Assembly: GCA_008369845.1 (NCBI GenBank)
Contig: MRSU01009705.1
Location: forward strand, 1-41,752
DNA from: Trichomonas gallinae
Lineage: Eukaryota
Direction: 5' to 3'
Length of the DNA: 41,752 nt
This document shows positions 22,501-31,044 of the stretch, piece by piece; position 1 is the first letter of the stretch; the number at the start of each line of letters is the position of its first letter. A program made the translations under genes and the position numbers. The notes below the pieces were generated by a model that did no database searches, was not told the origin of the DNA, and saw only the letters and a program-made list of their open reading frames with translations.

Positions 22501-25015
22501 CTTCAACATTTGTTACAATTCCAGCACATTTTGTGTGTTTGTCGGCTAATTTACTTATAACTGTAACTATTTGATCAATAATTTGCTTAGCGAAAATTAT
22601 ATTCTCGCAGCATGGAGTGAGCATTAACAAGAATCTTTCGATTAATGCATTTAAAGGTGGGTTTTTGTCAACAATCAACAATGAATCATTATTTGTTATC
22701 AAATCGAACATTAAGTTAATTATATCATTCGAAATATTAATGATAAAATGTGATACAGGATATAAATTCATATAATATGCAGCAAGTTCTCTAAATACAC
22801 TTGTTATATATTCTATGACGAATTCAAACTCAAATCCCGCCATTTTCATTGTTGCTTTAGCAATAGATTCAATGATTGGAATAAAGAAGAGCTTAAAATG
22901 ATGCGGCAAGATAATAAACGGGAATAGTTTTGATTGTGGAAGTTTTTCAATGATCATTGACAGCTGTGAATCGGATAATTTGTTCATGAATATTGAGAAA
23001 ACTGGAGAGATATATTCTTCATTTGATATAAAAAGATTGTCAAAGTTGTTGACTAAAAATGTCACCAAAAATTGCCTCATTTCATTGAATTCGCTTGCAA
23101 TTTTTGTTGTCAAGGTCAGAGCATCCATGAAAGATTCTTGCTTCTCGTTTTTCACTATTTCTATGTTGATCGAAATCACAGAGTATAAAATTTTGATGCA
23201 AGTGAATAATTTTTCTTCATCGTAATTCTTTTTCTGGTCAACCAATTCCAACATGTAATTAGTTATTAAAGATAAAATTACATGAGAAATATCAGGTGTG
23301 CTGAACAGTTGATAGTAAAATGGAAAAGTGCTTGCTAATATCTGTGAATTTAGACCAACAAGTGGGATAACAAATGAACCAATAAACAATGGACCAAGCC
23401 AGAATAGATTTGATATTTTTTGTGGAATCAATTTCATGAAATTCTTTTGCAGCTCTTTGGTTATTGGAATTGACCATGGCAATAAGTTCGTTAAACTTGG
23501 TGATGATGGACCGTCATACTTATATTGCGTGATACCAGCGGATGATGATAATTGTGTCAATATGTGGATTTTCTTCGTGAAGGCATCATAGGATAGAGAT
23601 TGTATTTGATAATCAAATAAGAAAGAGGAATCACCAATATGAGATCCATCGAATATTGAAAATGATCTGACAAAATGTTGGAAACGGTCATTAACGATTT
23701 TCTCGAAGAAAATGAAATGAATGACTATTCCATCACAAAACATTAATCCACTTGTTAGAGCGATAGGTAGTAGATCTTTGTTAAATGGAGCTTTAAGAGG
23801 TTGCTCACTTTTCTGTAATGCAATCGTTGAATCTAAAACGATCGAATTTTCTCGTAATGCGAAAATATTGATTTTTCCTGATTTGTATGAATAAATAAAT
23901 GTTCCGTCAGAAGTGAATGGCTTCGTTATCTGGTATTTACTGCTTTGGTATGAAATCTTTTCAAATGTGTTACCTAAAGGAAAAACATTTAATTTTTGTA
24001 TTTTCGAATTTGTTATCAATAGTAATGAATTATTGATTGTTGCGATTTCTGTCTGATTTTCACCAAATTTTTTTTGAAAGGGGATGTCAAAAAATCTGGC
24101 CTGTCTTACTGTGATGTTCTCAGACATATCAATAACATTGATTAATTTTTTCTTCAAAATGAAGAAATACTTCCACTGGAAGCTAATGATATTTCCATAT
24201 TGTTTCTTTGATGGTGGATCAAACTCATCGACAACAAACTTACCTATCATGTTATTCTGTGATAAACTGAATACAGAGTAGATGGGCGGATTTTGAAAAC
24301 CGATGCATGGTACAAAACTGCCTGTATTCAATTGTTGTGATGTAATACTTACAAACATCATCAAATTAATGTCACCAGTAAGTATTGCCCATTGGAAAAC
24401 GAGATTTAATGTATCAGGTATTTTTGTTTTTGATGCAATATCCATTAATTTTGTAGAAAGCTGTTGATTACCTTTCAGTGTGGAAGCATGCAACGATATT
24501 TCGCGTCCACCAACAGTTTGAATAAAATTAGGTAATGTTGCTTCAGTAATAGATTCAATTTGTTCAGGTGAAACAAGTAATTGGAATATGTAAAGTTCAT
24601 TTGGAGTAAAACTATCTGATACTGGTGAATCATTTCGGAAATTAGTTAATAGATTTATGAATTTTTCTTTGAAGTAGTTGTTTCTTTGATTCTCAAATCT
24701 AAAGATACGGTGTATAAAGCTGTTTTCGCTATTATTACTGATTAAAACTTTAAGAATTGACGGTAAAATTATATTATGGAATAGTTGATTTTTAGAATTA
24801 GCAGTTGTAAGGGACGGATATAGAGAAAATAGATCGATATATACTGAATTTAGATATTTTTGTGTCGTTTTATCTGTTAAATTAAATTGCTCTATTTGAA
24901 TATCTTTGGTTGAAGCGAATAAAGATACATTAAATATCTCGGGCTCACCAGGGTTGATGAAAACAATATTGTTACCGGCTTCATTTTGGGAAGAAGTTGA
25001 TCCCGCTGCACCCAT
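16553..25015 (-). CDS. Giant HECT-domain E3 ubiquitin ligase (2820 aa) with an N-myristoylation-type start and a possible SPRY-like domain
   Basis: C-terminal FHVTFCGENGIDCGGLSRD, RKFLQFSTG and LPSASTCFYRLHVPQYSS...KLLQAI (catalytic Cys). Starts MGAAGS. Uninterrupted 8.46-kb ORF. Confidence 0.95.
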   Translation of the reverse strand: MGAAGSTSSQNEAGNNIVFINPGEPEIFNVSLFASTKDIQIEQFNLTDKTTQKYLNSVYIDLFSLYPSLTTANSKNQLFHNIILPSILKVLISNNSENSFIHRIFRFENQRNNYFKEKFINLLTNFRNDSPVSDSFTPNELYIFQLLVSPEQIESITEATLPNFIQTVGGREISLHASTLKGNQQLSTKLMDIASKTKIPDTLNLVFQWAILTGDINLMMFVSITSQQLNTGSFVPCIGFQNPPIYSVFSLSQNNMIGKFVVDEFDPPSKKQYGNIISFQWKYFFILKKKLINVIDMSENITVRQARFFDIPFQKKFGENQTEIATINNSLLLITNSKIQKLNVFPLGNTFEKISYQSSKYQITKPFTSDGTFIYSYKSGKINIFALRENSIVLDSTIALQKSEQPLKAPFNKDLLPIALTSGLMFCDGIVIHFIFFEKIVNDRFQHFVRSFSIFDGSHIGDSSFLFDYQIQSLSYDAFTKKIHILTQLSSSAGITQYKYDGPSSPSLTNLLPWSIPITKELQKNFMKLIPQKISNLFWLGPLFIGSFVIPLVGLNSQILASTFPFYYQLFSTPDISHVILSLITNYMLELVDQKKNYDEEKLFTCIKILYSVISINIEIVKNEKQESFMDALTLTTKIASEFNEMRQFLVTFLVNNFDNLFISNEEYISPVFSIFMNKLSDSQLSMIIEKLPQSKLFPFIILPHHFKLFFIPIIESIAKATMKMAGFEFEFVIEYITSVFRELAAYYMNLYPVSHFIINISNDIINLMFDLITNNDSLLIVDKNPPLNALIERFLLMLTPCCENIIFAKQIIDQIVTVISKLADKHTKCAGIVTNVEDKDPFFLLFNKVFIAFIQCISTLSNTTSLQLDSKAKIYKLLLNKAEKTEEKYDEQLILETVHKIVPNPMNKFIKGAEKEFEGKMIIAISQSFNQFPNILSNFPMFDPRLKPIVQHVYKIRNNLKESKQLTAAYDPSKNEPMTMKHQYPKYFAIIESKVNFLLENPISIEYNDENIEQIVDFVSNITPLEEYTKIGTEIEESHDYLKLMTDSIKKIMNMENFPNAFLMCFCSYFASNAKFMAIAESLSKYSLLSEEAIRMIHQTISFFIDTIPIMSPNSIIPLVINMILIIHEDSSEDKLWGHLLTLLTKVIVNSKHIKDDELSAAVLIVFQTIQHFIELNLISIDDDKKKIVSGLMQNIPSTIAFDMTLATSLVMAGFDPPIDKEDALAMFYCPNTDFHTLLQYLYAVVIKLHENNLIFSKLLSFVGKVFCGAKSDILPDWIPQDQVSFSHMSKYCKTPEILIGIANEVLVMLRKVLCSKTPAENEFVSYITSHIIDKIKSRESTIEESVAIFALLSNSITARYTNTILSNPADNQHYLVLSIEEDRDLIECISLPISGEIITKHIPNLQSYSFEPILPFDFSLFPHFLLLLGCFTQVMSMPQSYSDSVFSFFAMSSLQAFISNPDIGSDITSQLASTFAIKNFSSFEFRRFSPKVKYLLSLALSRESNGVFINSPREPHLEHASFSKYIGHADYSLDNHTIKTGRGMHVFMSTVLDATVPSYFSVEIQNDTNVIFGLVMHSIDLNQETCILYSSVARQFFLNMEPFLLDKTDMPRLIEFKFDPKRKKVGIASSIVSKRIGKLFLTDARCSFFAIVPSAMNIRYNLCLTPQTTNMQKTELGLKHLRSASGVFGRLKNRIFGVPSNDNLNSEEQKFSLIKSGVTNESTKGNGFYALTAAYNNAVLNSQTPNLILSSCIKFSDVKLPTTNSYLKMKIPSYFYSMKSLSILSSPVAMSKFIRIDPISGFISSIKDEYAEIIAYNGCPPIHFENMEQMPNDVINTYIGGVCEAYKHEMTTLIMTKLLSSGFVQQIWTNFSFTPELVIEYVTNLLVMCEPFKMTNFDQNKSPIDFTLSVFDNNYTCPNELYDIHTALINTFEVINNEKGISKYINAWFNNIMREFSQPQSHFVHQNNPYAAYSSLAVKNIIDTNAAGWIVLVPEFGKFKAPTVKDAVFPRNINMDFINYSFVPGDRLQYETKKCAHFPILQNSNVTLLKTLFALAINIKYFVNFVSINKQALLEWKQKNFSKLMSEIYMAILGCSPFFYSHCQEFLGFLSTKLQINAGDISDEYMNVLNHVLPLSKCVMSFFGEFLESHIELKHEQALLQLSGYLPSWCALRGESIKNDPDGITFPPSLLEENTFKRKDFECIQRIFKKYSSLTDYPFYLLLTDWLYSFIRYPPSTFDIMSPSLIKVTLTSNYIPAKVMLGLSAPDAVKNPFRISTQSDMTGYTKSTVSSEFTPPSTTFFIEFHEKDVITDLKFCLFVNKFTAKEAKNIFLNNREKFESDITSMYKTFTINEDQALLAQFPLNKIKNPQSVDLTMSGFVLFEANVQREMHLCELRARFLLAFNWYTYHHQEVTQDSSFIPYARFISVVILSQRFRVLIMSSNTQCRDNVTINRQIGLNVRSGVSKNLKDSMIAQFARAYSSPYMFRCAKDPFHVTFCGENGIDCGGLSRDLASELSKDISDPNIGLFLPTPNARTHRGSFRESLVPAPSPLWTSTYHLYESVGGLIAISVRSGMVQPFSFPPLFWSCLMSGEIYIEQIYEIDVEYMEFIQNLEKAAQEKSPEEFQEMHYQNKIRNIRGDEVSVGGFFFRGLTHATVGRFIASAHQYRIQELLGPMLSIRSGFWKALELAPPTFVTPQLLEFLACGDRTISISKLRQLTQFDGMPSQMVDMFWTVLSRFNENQKRKFLQFSTGTTQIPANAVFPFLIVDFNRYAATNSALPSASTCFYRLHVPQYSSIDIFYQKLLQAIEYTGTFENS

Positions 25016-25515
25016 AATATCACTGGATTTTTATTTGTCAAATTTAAACCTAAAATAAGGTTAATTTAAATTTTCCTGCATTATGAATCCTTACGATCAA
25101 TTCATACATATTTAATTTTCACTGCTAAAATATTATATAATTTTATAAACGATTTGTGCATTATTATTATATTCGGTGAAATGGAATTTTCAAAATAAGG
25201 TTATTAACGATCGCGATCTTCAAATCATTTTTTATCCATATCTATTGATTTATTTTGACTTTTGAAAATATCTATCAAATTAAGCATATCTCATAATATT
25301 ATTCATATCTTTAAAAATATAAAATAATAAATGATCATCATAAAAAAAATTAAAAAGATAAATGAAATTTCAAAATATCAGATCTAACAGGGTGATCGAT
25401 CTTCAACCATATGAATAGTAAAGCATAACATTTTTCTTGAGCAATGACATTTAGGCTATAAGGATGCATACTTTCTCTCAAAATCGTTTTGATACCAGTG
25501 TAAAAAAAGTGATTT

Positions 25516-25588
25516 TTATCAGGCATACGATTATTTTCAATTCAAATTTCATTGCAATTTAAAGTGAAAATAATCATATGCCTGATAA
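25516..25588. repeat. Inverted repeat with 24-bp arms (23/24 match), forming a ~73-nt near-continuous hairpin
   Basis: TTATCAGGCATACGATTATTTTCA (25516-25539) versus TGAAAATAATCATATGCCTGATAA (25565-25588); the spacer pairs further (AAATT/AATTT). Confidence 0.9.
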
Positions 25589-25606
25589 TGATAGTTTTCA
25601 CGCATT

Positions 25607-25651
25607 TTTACGGGCCGCTATCGCACCCGTAAACACCCGAAAACTACTAAT
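25607..25651 (+). mobile_element. Helitron-like 3' terminus (GC-rich hairpin + CTRR|T)
   Basis: TTTACGGG-CCGCTATCGCA-CCCGTAAA stem-loop (25607-25633), then 13 nt, then CTAA followed by T (25647-25651). No Rep/helicase ORF in the window. Confidence 0.4.
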
Positions 25652-26053
25652 TTTCCAATTTTTTTAATGTCATAAATGGTTAAATTATTTAGTAAAATTC
25701 AACTAAACTCATATGATATACTCAGTATACATAGTAGAATATATAATATGAAAATCAGAATTGTTGACCGTAGAAATAATTGATCAAAAATATATGACAC
25801 ATGTCAAAAATTTAATGTCAAACCATTTGACTCAAGCTATTAAAAATATTAGAGTTTAATTTTAAATAGTGAATAAAACAGAATCTAATAAAAATCGAAG
25901 TATTCTATATCCGATTTATAATGTCGATAGAAATCTGACATCCGATAGAAATTTTGTTTGATCCTAAAAATAATCATATATCCATAGATTTGCTATGATG
26001 AAGTTTCAGATTTTCAAAATAATTCCACAAAATAAACGATTTCGCTTCTCTGA

Positions 26054-27883
26054 ATGGATGATGCTCTTGAACAGATTGGTGATTTGAAAGTAATTAGCGA
26101 AAATAGGAGCAGCCATATCTTTATTAACTTCACTGATCATAGACCATCAGTCGAAATGATAATAAAACGGAAATTACAAATTAGCGACCTTACAAATATA
26201 GTCAGCAACAGAATTCACGTTCCTCAAGATCATTTATTGATAAAAATGGACGAATTGGCCAATAATGACAAACAATCAAGTCAATACATTTTATTTCAGA
26301 AACCAACAGAAAATACAGACACAGAAAATGGATCATCACTAAAGGATGGTGAAGCTGATCCAGAAAAAATAAACTATCTCGTAAATTTAGGATTTTCGAA
26401 ATTACTCGTAACTAATGCATTAAGCACGGCAAACAATAATATTGAGAAGGCCCTTGTAATGCTTAGAATGAAGCCAAATTCCGAAAAAGATGTCATTACG
26501 AACGGTCCAGAATATGAATCAGATTTAATTTTAATTCAAGTAAATAATGATAAAGAAAATACACCAGGTGATGATCCTTCATCGACATCTAATACAAATG
26601 AGAATGAAGAAGATAAAAATTCTGATGATGAAAGTGATATGATTGCAGATATTCCACGAAAAGAGAAAGAAGCCGTGTATTTGTCATTTAAAGAAATGGA
26701 TTTTGACGATCGTCAGCATAACATAGCATTTGTTGATATAAAATCGAAAAACTATAAAGGTCATAAAGACCACACAAATGTTGAGCTTGACAAGCATCCA
26801 CACATGTACCGTGACGAATATAATCTTATCATTGAAGCTAGGCTGCATCCAGAGGTTCTTCCTGTCAAATATCAAGAGTATTTAGAAGAAGACGAAGATA
26901 CGAAATTTGACATAAGAATTGCTGATAGAAAAGTTTACATTGAGAGAGTTCCTAGAAATAGAATTGCATTGCTAAAGTCTATAACTTTCAATGAATTGTA
27001 CATGATTTATAAAATAAGGAATGACATTAAAGCAGGAAAGCTCAAAAAAGTATCAAGAAGTGATATAAGACAAAGATTCGATGAATCTATTAGACCTGGA
27101 AAGATTTTTGTTCCAAGGGAAGCTATCGAAAGGATGCACTCAGATAGTAGACCTATTATAAAGAAAAAGGTTGTATCTAGTAGCAGCAGTAGCAATAGTA
27201 GCAACGCAAACTCTGAAGATGAAATTGATGAAAATTTGCGCAGCGAAGAAAATTCAAATGAAAGCAAATCTTCTTCTGCAGCTGATCAGTCTACTTCTGA
27301 AGATCCAAAGCCAACATACGACGAAGCTGAAGAGGTCGATATTCCAAATGATCCTGGTGAAGACATCAAAATTCCAGAAGAAGGAGCAAAAATTATCCAC
27401 AGGAATAGAACACAAGTTCATTTAGCTGTTCCACAGGTAAAACCTCCTCCACCACTTGAAAAAGTATTATCATCAGACGATGACGAAGAAATAGACAAAA
27501 AACTCAAGGCTGCAGATGAAATAGCAGATAAAGAAAATCCTGAAAAAGTTGAATCAGATAAAGAAAAATCCGATAAACAGGAAGAATCAGAAAAAGATAA
27601 AGATGATAAACAAGATGAACCTGAAAAAGAAAAATCTGATAAACAAGAAGAAACAAAAAAGAATGATAAAAATGATAAACAGGATGAGCCTGAAAAAGAA
27701 AAAGAAAAATCAAATAATGGTGATGCATCTTTGACGGATCTTATACAGAAAGTTAGAGAAATTGTTATTACTGATAAATTTGCAAAACATATTTTGAAGA
27801 AATCGAAGAATGACCCACAGCTTGCTGCTAAACTTGCTGTGAAATTCTATGCAATGACTTCTCCAAATCTATATTTTGACTAA
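26054..27883 (+). CDS. UBA-domain protein with a possible N-terminal ubiquitin-like domain, acidic low-complexity linker and possible second C-terminal UBA-like domain
   Basis: DPEKINYLVNLGFSKLLVTNALSTANNNIEKALVML is a UBA pattern. IFINF...VEMII...ISDL...VSNRIHVP..HLLI is UBL-like. The C-terminus AKHILKKSKNDPQLAAKL is UBA-like. Confidence 0.8.
   Translation: MDDALEQIGDLKVISENRSSHIFINFTDHRPSVEMIIKRKLQISDLTNIVSNRIHVPQDHLLIKMDELANNDKQSSQYILFQKPTENTDTENGSSLKDGEADPEKINYLVNLGFSKLLVTNALSTANNNIEKALVMLRMKPNSEKDVITNGPEYESDLILIQVNNDKENTPGDDPSSTSNTNENEEDKNSDDESDMIADIPRKEKEAVYLSFKEMDFDDRQHNIAFVDIKSKNYKGHKDHTNVELDKHPHMYRDEYNLIIEARLHPEVLPVKYQEYLEEDEDTKFDIRIADRKVYIERVPRNRIALLKSITFNELYMIYKIRNDIKAGKLKKVSRSDIRQRFDESIRPGKIFVPREAIERMHSDSRPIIKKKVVSSSSSSNSSNANSEDEIDENLRSEENSNESKSSSAADQSTSEDPKPTYDEAEEVDIPNDPGEDIKIPEEGAKIIHRNRTQVHLAVPQVKPPPPLEKVLSSDDDEEIDKKLKAADEIADKENPEKVESDKEKSDKQEESEKDKDDKQDEPEKEKSDKQEETKKNDKNDKQDEPEKEKEKSNNGDASLTDLIQKVREIVITDKFAKHILKKSKNDPQLAAKLAVKFYAMTSPNLYFD
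27557..27712 (+). repeat. In-frame duplication of a 22-23 aa K/D/E unit (KEKSDKQEE...DKQDEPE), ~2.3 copies
   Basis: Visible in both DNA and protein: DKEKSDKQEESEKDKDDKQDEP / EKEKSDKQEETKKNDKNDKQDEP / EKEKEKS. Confidence 0.8.
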
Positions 27884-27927
27884 TATTAAATTATTTTATA
27901 TTTATTTTATTACTTACAATATATATA

Positions 27928-30900
27928 TTATTTTTGTCTATGCCATCTTGTCCTGCAGAATGGACAGTTCTTCTTCAATGAATTTCTCAGCCATTTTTCA
28001 AGACATGATGCATGGCAACATTTATGGCATGTTGAACATTTCATCTTTGGCAAATTCATTCCGACATCAAGCAGTGACAAACAGATTGGGCATGCTTCAA
28101 CTTTGGAGACAACAGAATCAATTCTTGCAGCCCACGTTGAGATGGCAGCAAAAATTCCGTCTCTTCGTAAACATTCTTTCTTCACTTCATCTCTTGCATC
28201 TTGTGTAAGTTTTTCTTTACCGATAGATGACACTCTGAAGAAGGGTTGCTCAAGTGGATATTTGTCAGGAAGAATTACATCCAAAGTAAATGGATCATCA
28301 GTTGATATACTTTCAGCATGAATTGTTGACGAGCTTTTATCTACAGTGATTTCGATATTTTCAATGCTATATTTTTCTGCTCTTTCCAATTCTTCTTGGA
28401 TCATTGCATTCGATAAACCAGATAATAAATCACGAAGCTCATCTTTCCTGTTTGATGATAAATAATACTTGGCAGCAGCTGCTGGAAATTCTCTGAAGAG
28501 TGACAAATCATCTTCATTAAATAACTGTGATAAATAATTATCAAACTCAATTAAGCCGCTGACTGGACCAGTTGACAATGAATCTCTGAGCTCCACCCAT
28601 CTTTCTCTTGGAACTTCCTGTAGATATACTGGAATTGCCGCATGCAAGCAGTTGACAATTGAATTCGAATGTGATGATGCCAAAATTGATGTGATTGATG
28701 ATAAGAACGACATCAATTCTTCAGGAGGAAGTTTTGCTATCAAACAGAAGCATTCGCTTAATATTGTGACTGTTTGCGGATCCAACTGTGTTAAATTGTC
28801 AAGTGATTGCAAAGCTATTTCAAGGAATTCACGAGTTTTATGGCAGTCGAGTGAAGCATTTAACAAAGCTGTAATAAACAAATGGAAATTGATTGGTTTG
28901 TCAACAGGAAAAGTTGAATGACATATTGTATCAATATTAGCAGTGCAATCTTCTCTTGAAGCAACCCATAACATTTCTTCTGATGAGATTTCATCAAAAT
29001 TAATTTTTTCGTTTCGACAAAACCTTGCAAAAGGTGAATTATTTTCGAATTTGATATTCATAATAGATAAATATGGACACAACCAGTCAGCATCTGGTAT
29101 TTTAAGCTTACCTTTTTCATCGCAAGCTATTAATAATGCAACAGTGCTGTCTATGAAATTGCTTTTGATTGACTGTTCAATGAGTTTTTGTCTTTTTTCG
29201 AGTGGAATAGAATATAGGAAAATAGAAACAGACGAATCTAAAGCGCTTTTGTCGAATATGCCCAGGAAAACATGCAGAAGGAAATCTGTGTACGAAATCT
29301 CGAAATAATCCTTCAAATACTGCAATTCAACGTTTTCTGGTACATCAGCAATTGAAACAACTTTGAAGAAATGTGACAGAAACTCGTAGCTGTTTGGAAA
29401 TTCCATCAACGATGTTTGTGATGATAGAGAAAGCTGACCTATCATCTCACCTGCTTCACTTTCGTCAGTATTTAAAATAATATTTTGATAAATTGCTGTA
29501 TATATGTCTTGTTTCTTTTCTGGTTGTATCTTGATATCAGGATTACGTTCTATGATGATGTCAATCAATGAATCCGTTAAACTCGTAGAATACCACATAT
29601 CTTCTGATATTTCTTGTCCATTTGTCAATCTTTCGGAAACAATTTGAGCAACCGTATTTGCGAAGTTTGCTGCTTCATTTACAGGCACTGTCATGGCAAC
29701 AGCACCGCAATCATCTTCAATAAAATATCTTAGATTGTCTTTGATGATTTCGCTCCACCAATCTGTTTTAGGTGACTTCTGCCACTTTCTGATACATTTA
29801 TTTGTGGATGAAGGCCATTTTGATTCAATCATTATTATATCTTCAGGCTGGGCAATTGCAAGTAAAGCATCTGCGATTTGTTCTGGTAAAGCATTTGAAA
29901 CAAAATCTAATCTGTCAACATCTTTGTAATATTTCGAATATTTTACAACATCATTCGGTTCTACAGGATTTGAGCACTCAATGACTTTTAGTAGAACTTT
30001 CTCTGGCAAGCATTCCCAAATCGATGAGTTTTTACTGATCCTGTCGATGTTTAAATGTGTATATTTGTGATCAATTAATAATGTAACGGCAGTGATCATA
30101 TTTTCTGTTGTTAAATCGCATGATAATGAAATATTGATTGTCTGGTCATCCGAATTCTTCAAAAATTCTTGATAATATTCATTCAAAATTAAAGGATTTT
30201 TGAGCATTAGCTTGTAATTGTCTTTAGTGCAGAGTTTAATGAACAATGGGCCAGAAAACTTAACGCACTGTGGATCTTTCTCTAATAAAATTTGTTCTGG
30301 TGTAGGATGTGGGCATCTTTCAATGCTGAGTGATTCTTGATGCAATTTAAACAAGCATGATCTAAGCCTCTGATTGTAAAATAGTGTTTCATTTGAAGTG
30401 TTATCGATATCTTGAAGTGCTGCAACTAATCCTTGTGTTGCTTTACGAATATACTGTAATAATTCAACTTTTTCACGTGGTTGAAGAACATCACTCATAA
30501 CAGTTAATATTTGGGCAGCCGATGAGCAAACACTCGAAGCAATTCTAGATTTTCCAAGTATGCCTTCTGCATCTAGCTCAGAATCAATGTCAAAAGCAAC
30601 AGCACCCATTGAACCTAGCGCAGAAACAACTATTTCACGTACTTTTTTAAGTCCACCGGCCTTTTTTGATGTGGTCGCTAAAGCTGTAGTTGAATCTTGT
30701 TTGATTTGTGAGTTGTCATCGTGTGCCATGAGTAACAGATACGGAATTGTGTGTTCAAATAGTGATGTTTTCGATGTTTCTATGATAATAAATAATGCAT
30801 CTCGACGAATTTTTGGTGAATTGTTGAATAATAGATTACGAGCAACATTGAAGCATGCAAAAACTTCTGTTTCATCGAATGTTGATATCATTTTAACGAA

Positions 30901-31035
30901 TTTTGAAAGACTTAATGATATTTTCTTGCCATTCTTTGCTGATAGATCTCTGTAACTACTCTTAATTGTTCCATTAGGGAAAATGTCGTTATACACATTA
31001 GGATCTGGATAAGGCAGCCTATGTGAAAGATCCAT
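27928..31035 (-). CDS. LTN1: Listerin/LTN1-like RING E3 ubiquitin ligase (ribosome quality control), compact 1035-aa form
   Basis: C-terminal RWD-like FTLDVILPDKYPL followed by VEACPICLSLL...LPKMKCSTCHKCCHASCLEKWLRNSLKKNCPFCR, the Ltn1-type RING. N-terminal LSAKNGKK and HEAT-like helices. Confidence 0.85.
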   Translation of the reverse strand: MDLSHRLPYPDPNVYNDIFPNGTIKSSYRDLSAKNGKKISLSLSKFVKMISTFDETEVFACFNVARNLLFNNSPKIRRDALFIIIETSKTSLFEHTIPYLLLMAHDDNSQIKQDSTTALATTSKKAGGLKKVREIVVSALGSMGAVAFDIDSELDAEGILGKSRIASSVCSSAAQILTVMSDVLQPREKVELLQYIRKATQGLVAALQDIDNTSNETLFYNQRLRSCLFKLHQESLSIERCPHPTPEQILLEKDPQCVKFSGPLFIKLCTKDNYKLMLKNPLILNEYYQEFLKNSDDQTINISLSCDLTTENMITAVTLLIDHKYTHLNIDRISKNSSIWECLPEKVLLKVIECSNPVEPNDVVKYSKYYKDVDRLDFVSNALPEQIADALLAIAQPEDIIMIESKWPSSTNKCIRKWQKSPKTDWWSEIIKDNLRYFIEDDCGAVAMTVPVNEAANFANTVAQIVSERLTNGQEISEDMWYSTSLTDSLIDIIIERNPDIKIQPEKKQDIYTAIYQNIILNTDESEAGEMIGQLSLSSQTSLMEFPNSYEFLSHFFKVVSIADVPENVELQYLKDYFEISYTDFLLHVFLGIFDKSALDSSVSIFLYSIPLEKRQKLIEQSIKSNFIDSTVALLIACDEKGKLKIPDADWLCPYLSIMNIKFENNSPFARFCRNEKINFDEISSEEMLWVASREDCTANIDTICHSTFPVDKPINFHLFITALLNASLDCHKTREFLEIALQSLDNLTQLDPQTVTILSECFCLIAKLPPEELMSFLSSITSILASSHSNSIVNCLHAAIPVYLQEVPRERWVELRDSLSTGPVSGLIEFDNYLSQLFNEDDLSLFREFPAAAAKYYLSSNRKDELRDLLSGLSNAMIQEELERAEKYSIENIEITVDKSSSTIHAESISTDDPFTLDVILPDKYPLEQPFFRVSSIGKEKLTQDARDEVKKECLRRDGIFAAISTWAARIDSVVSKVEACPICLSLLDVGMNLPKMKCSTCHKCCHASCLEKWLRNSLKKNCPFCRTRWHRQK

Positions 31036-31039
31036 TCAC

Positions 31040-31044
31040 AAAGG
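31040..31044 (-). promoter_or_regulatory. CCTTT core-promoter motif (trichomonad M5-type, Inr alternative) upstream of LTN1
   Basis: The minus strand reads TTCGCCCTTTGTGAATG, with no TCA-Y-W immediately upstream. Confidence 0.45.

Noticed and set aside
16656..24281. Many short antisense or out-of-frame ORFs inside the HECT gene (similar ones occur inside LTN1 and the LRR genes)
   Set aside because: Shadow ORFs of long coding sequences; most start at non-ATG codons and have no independent features.
25995..26053. Box C/D snoRNA-like ATGATGA...CTGA
   Set aside because: No terminal stem or recognisable guide, and it overlaps the immediate upstream region of the UBA gene ATG; likely chance.
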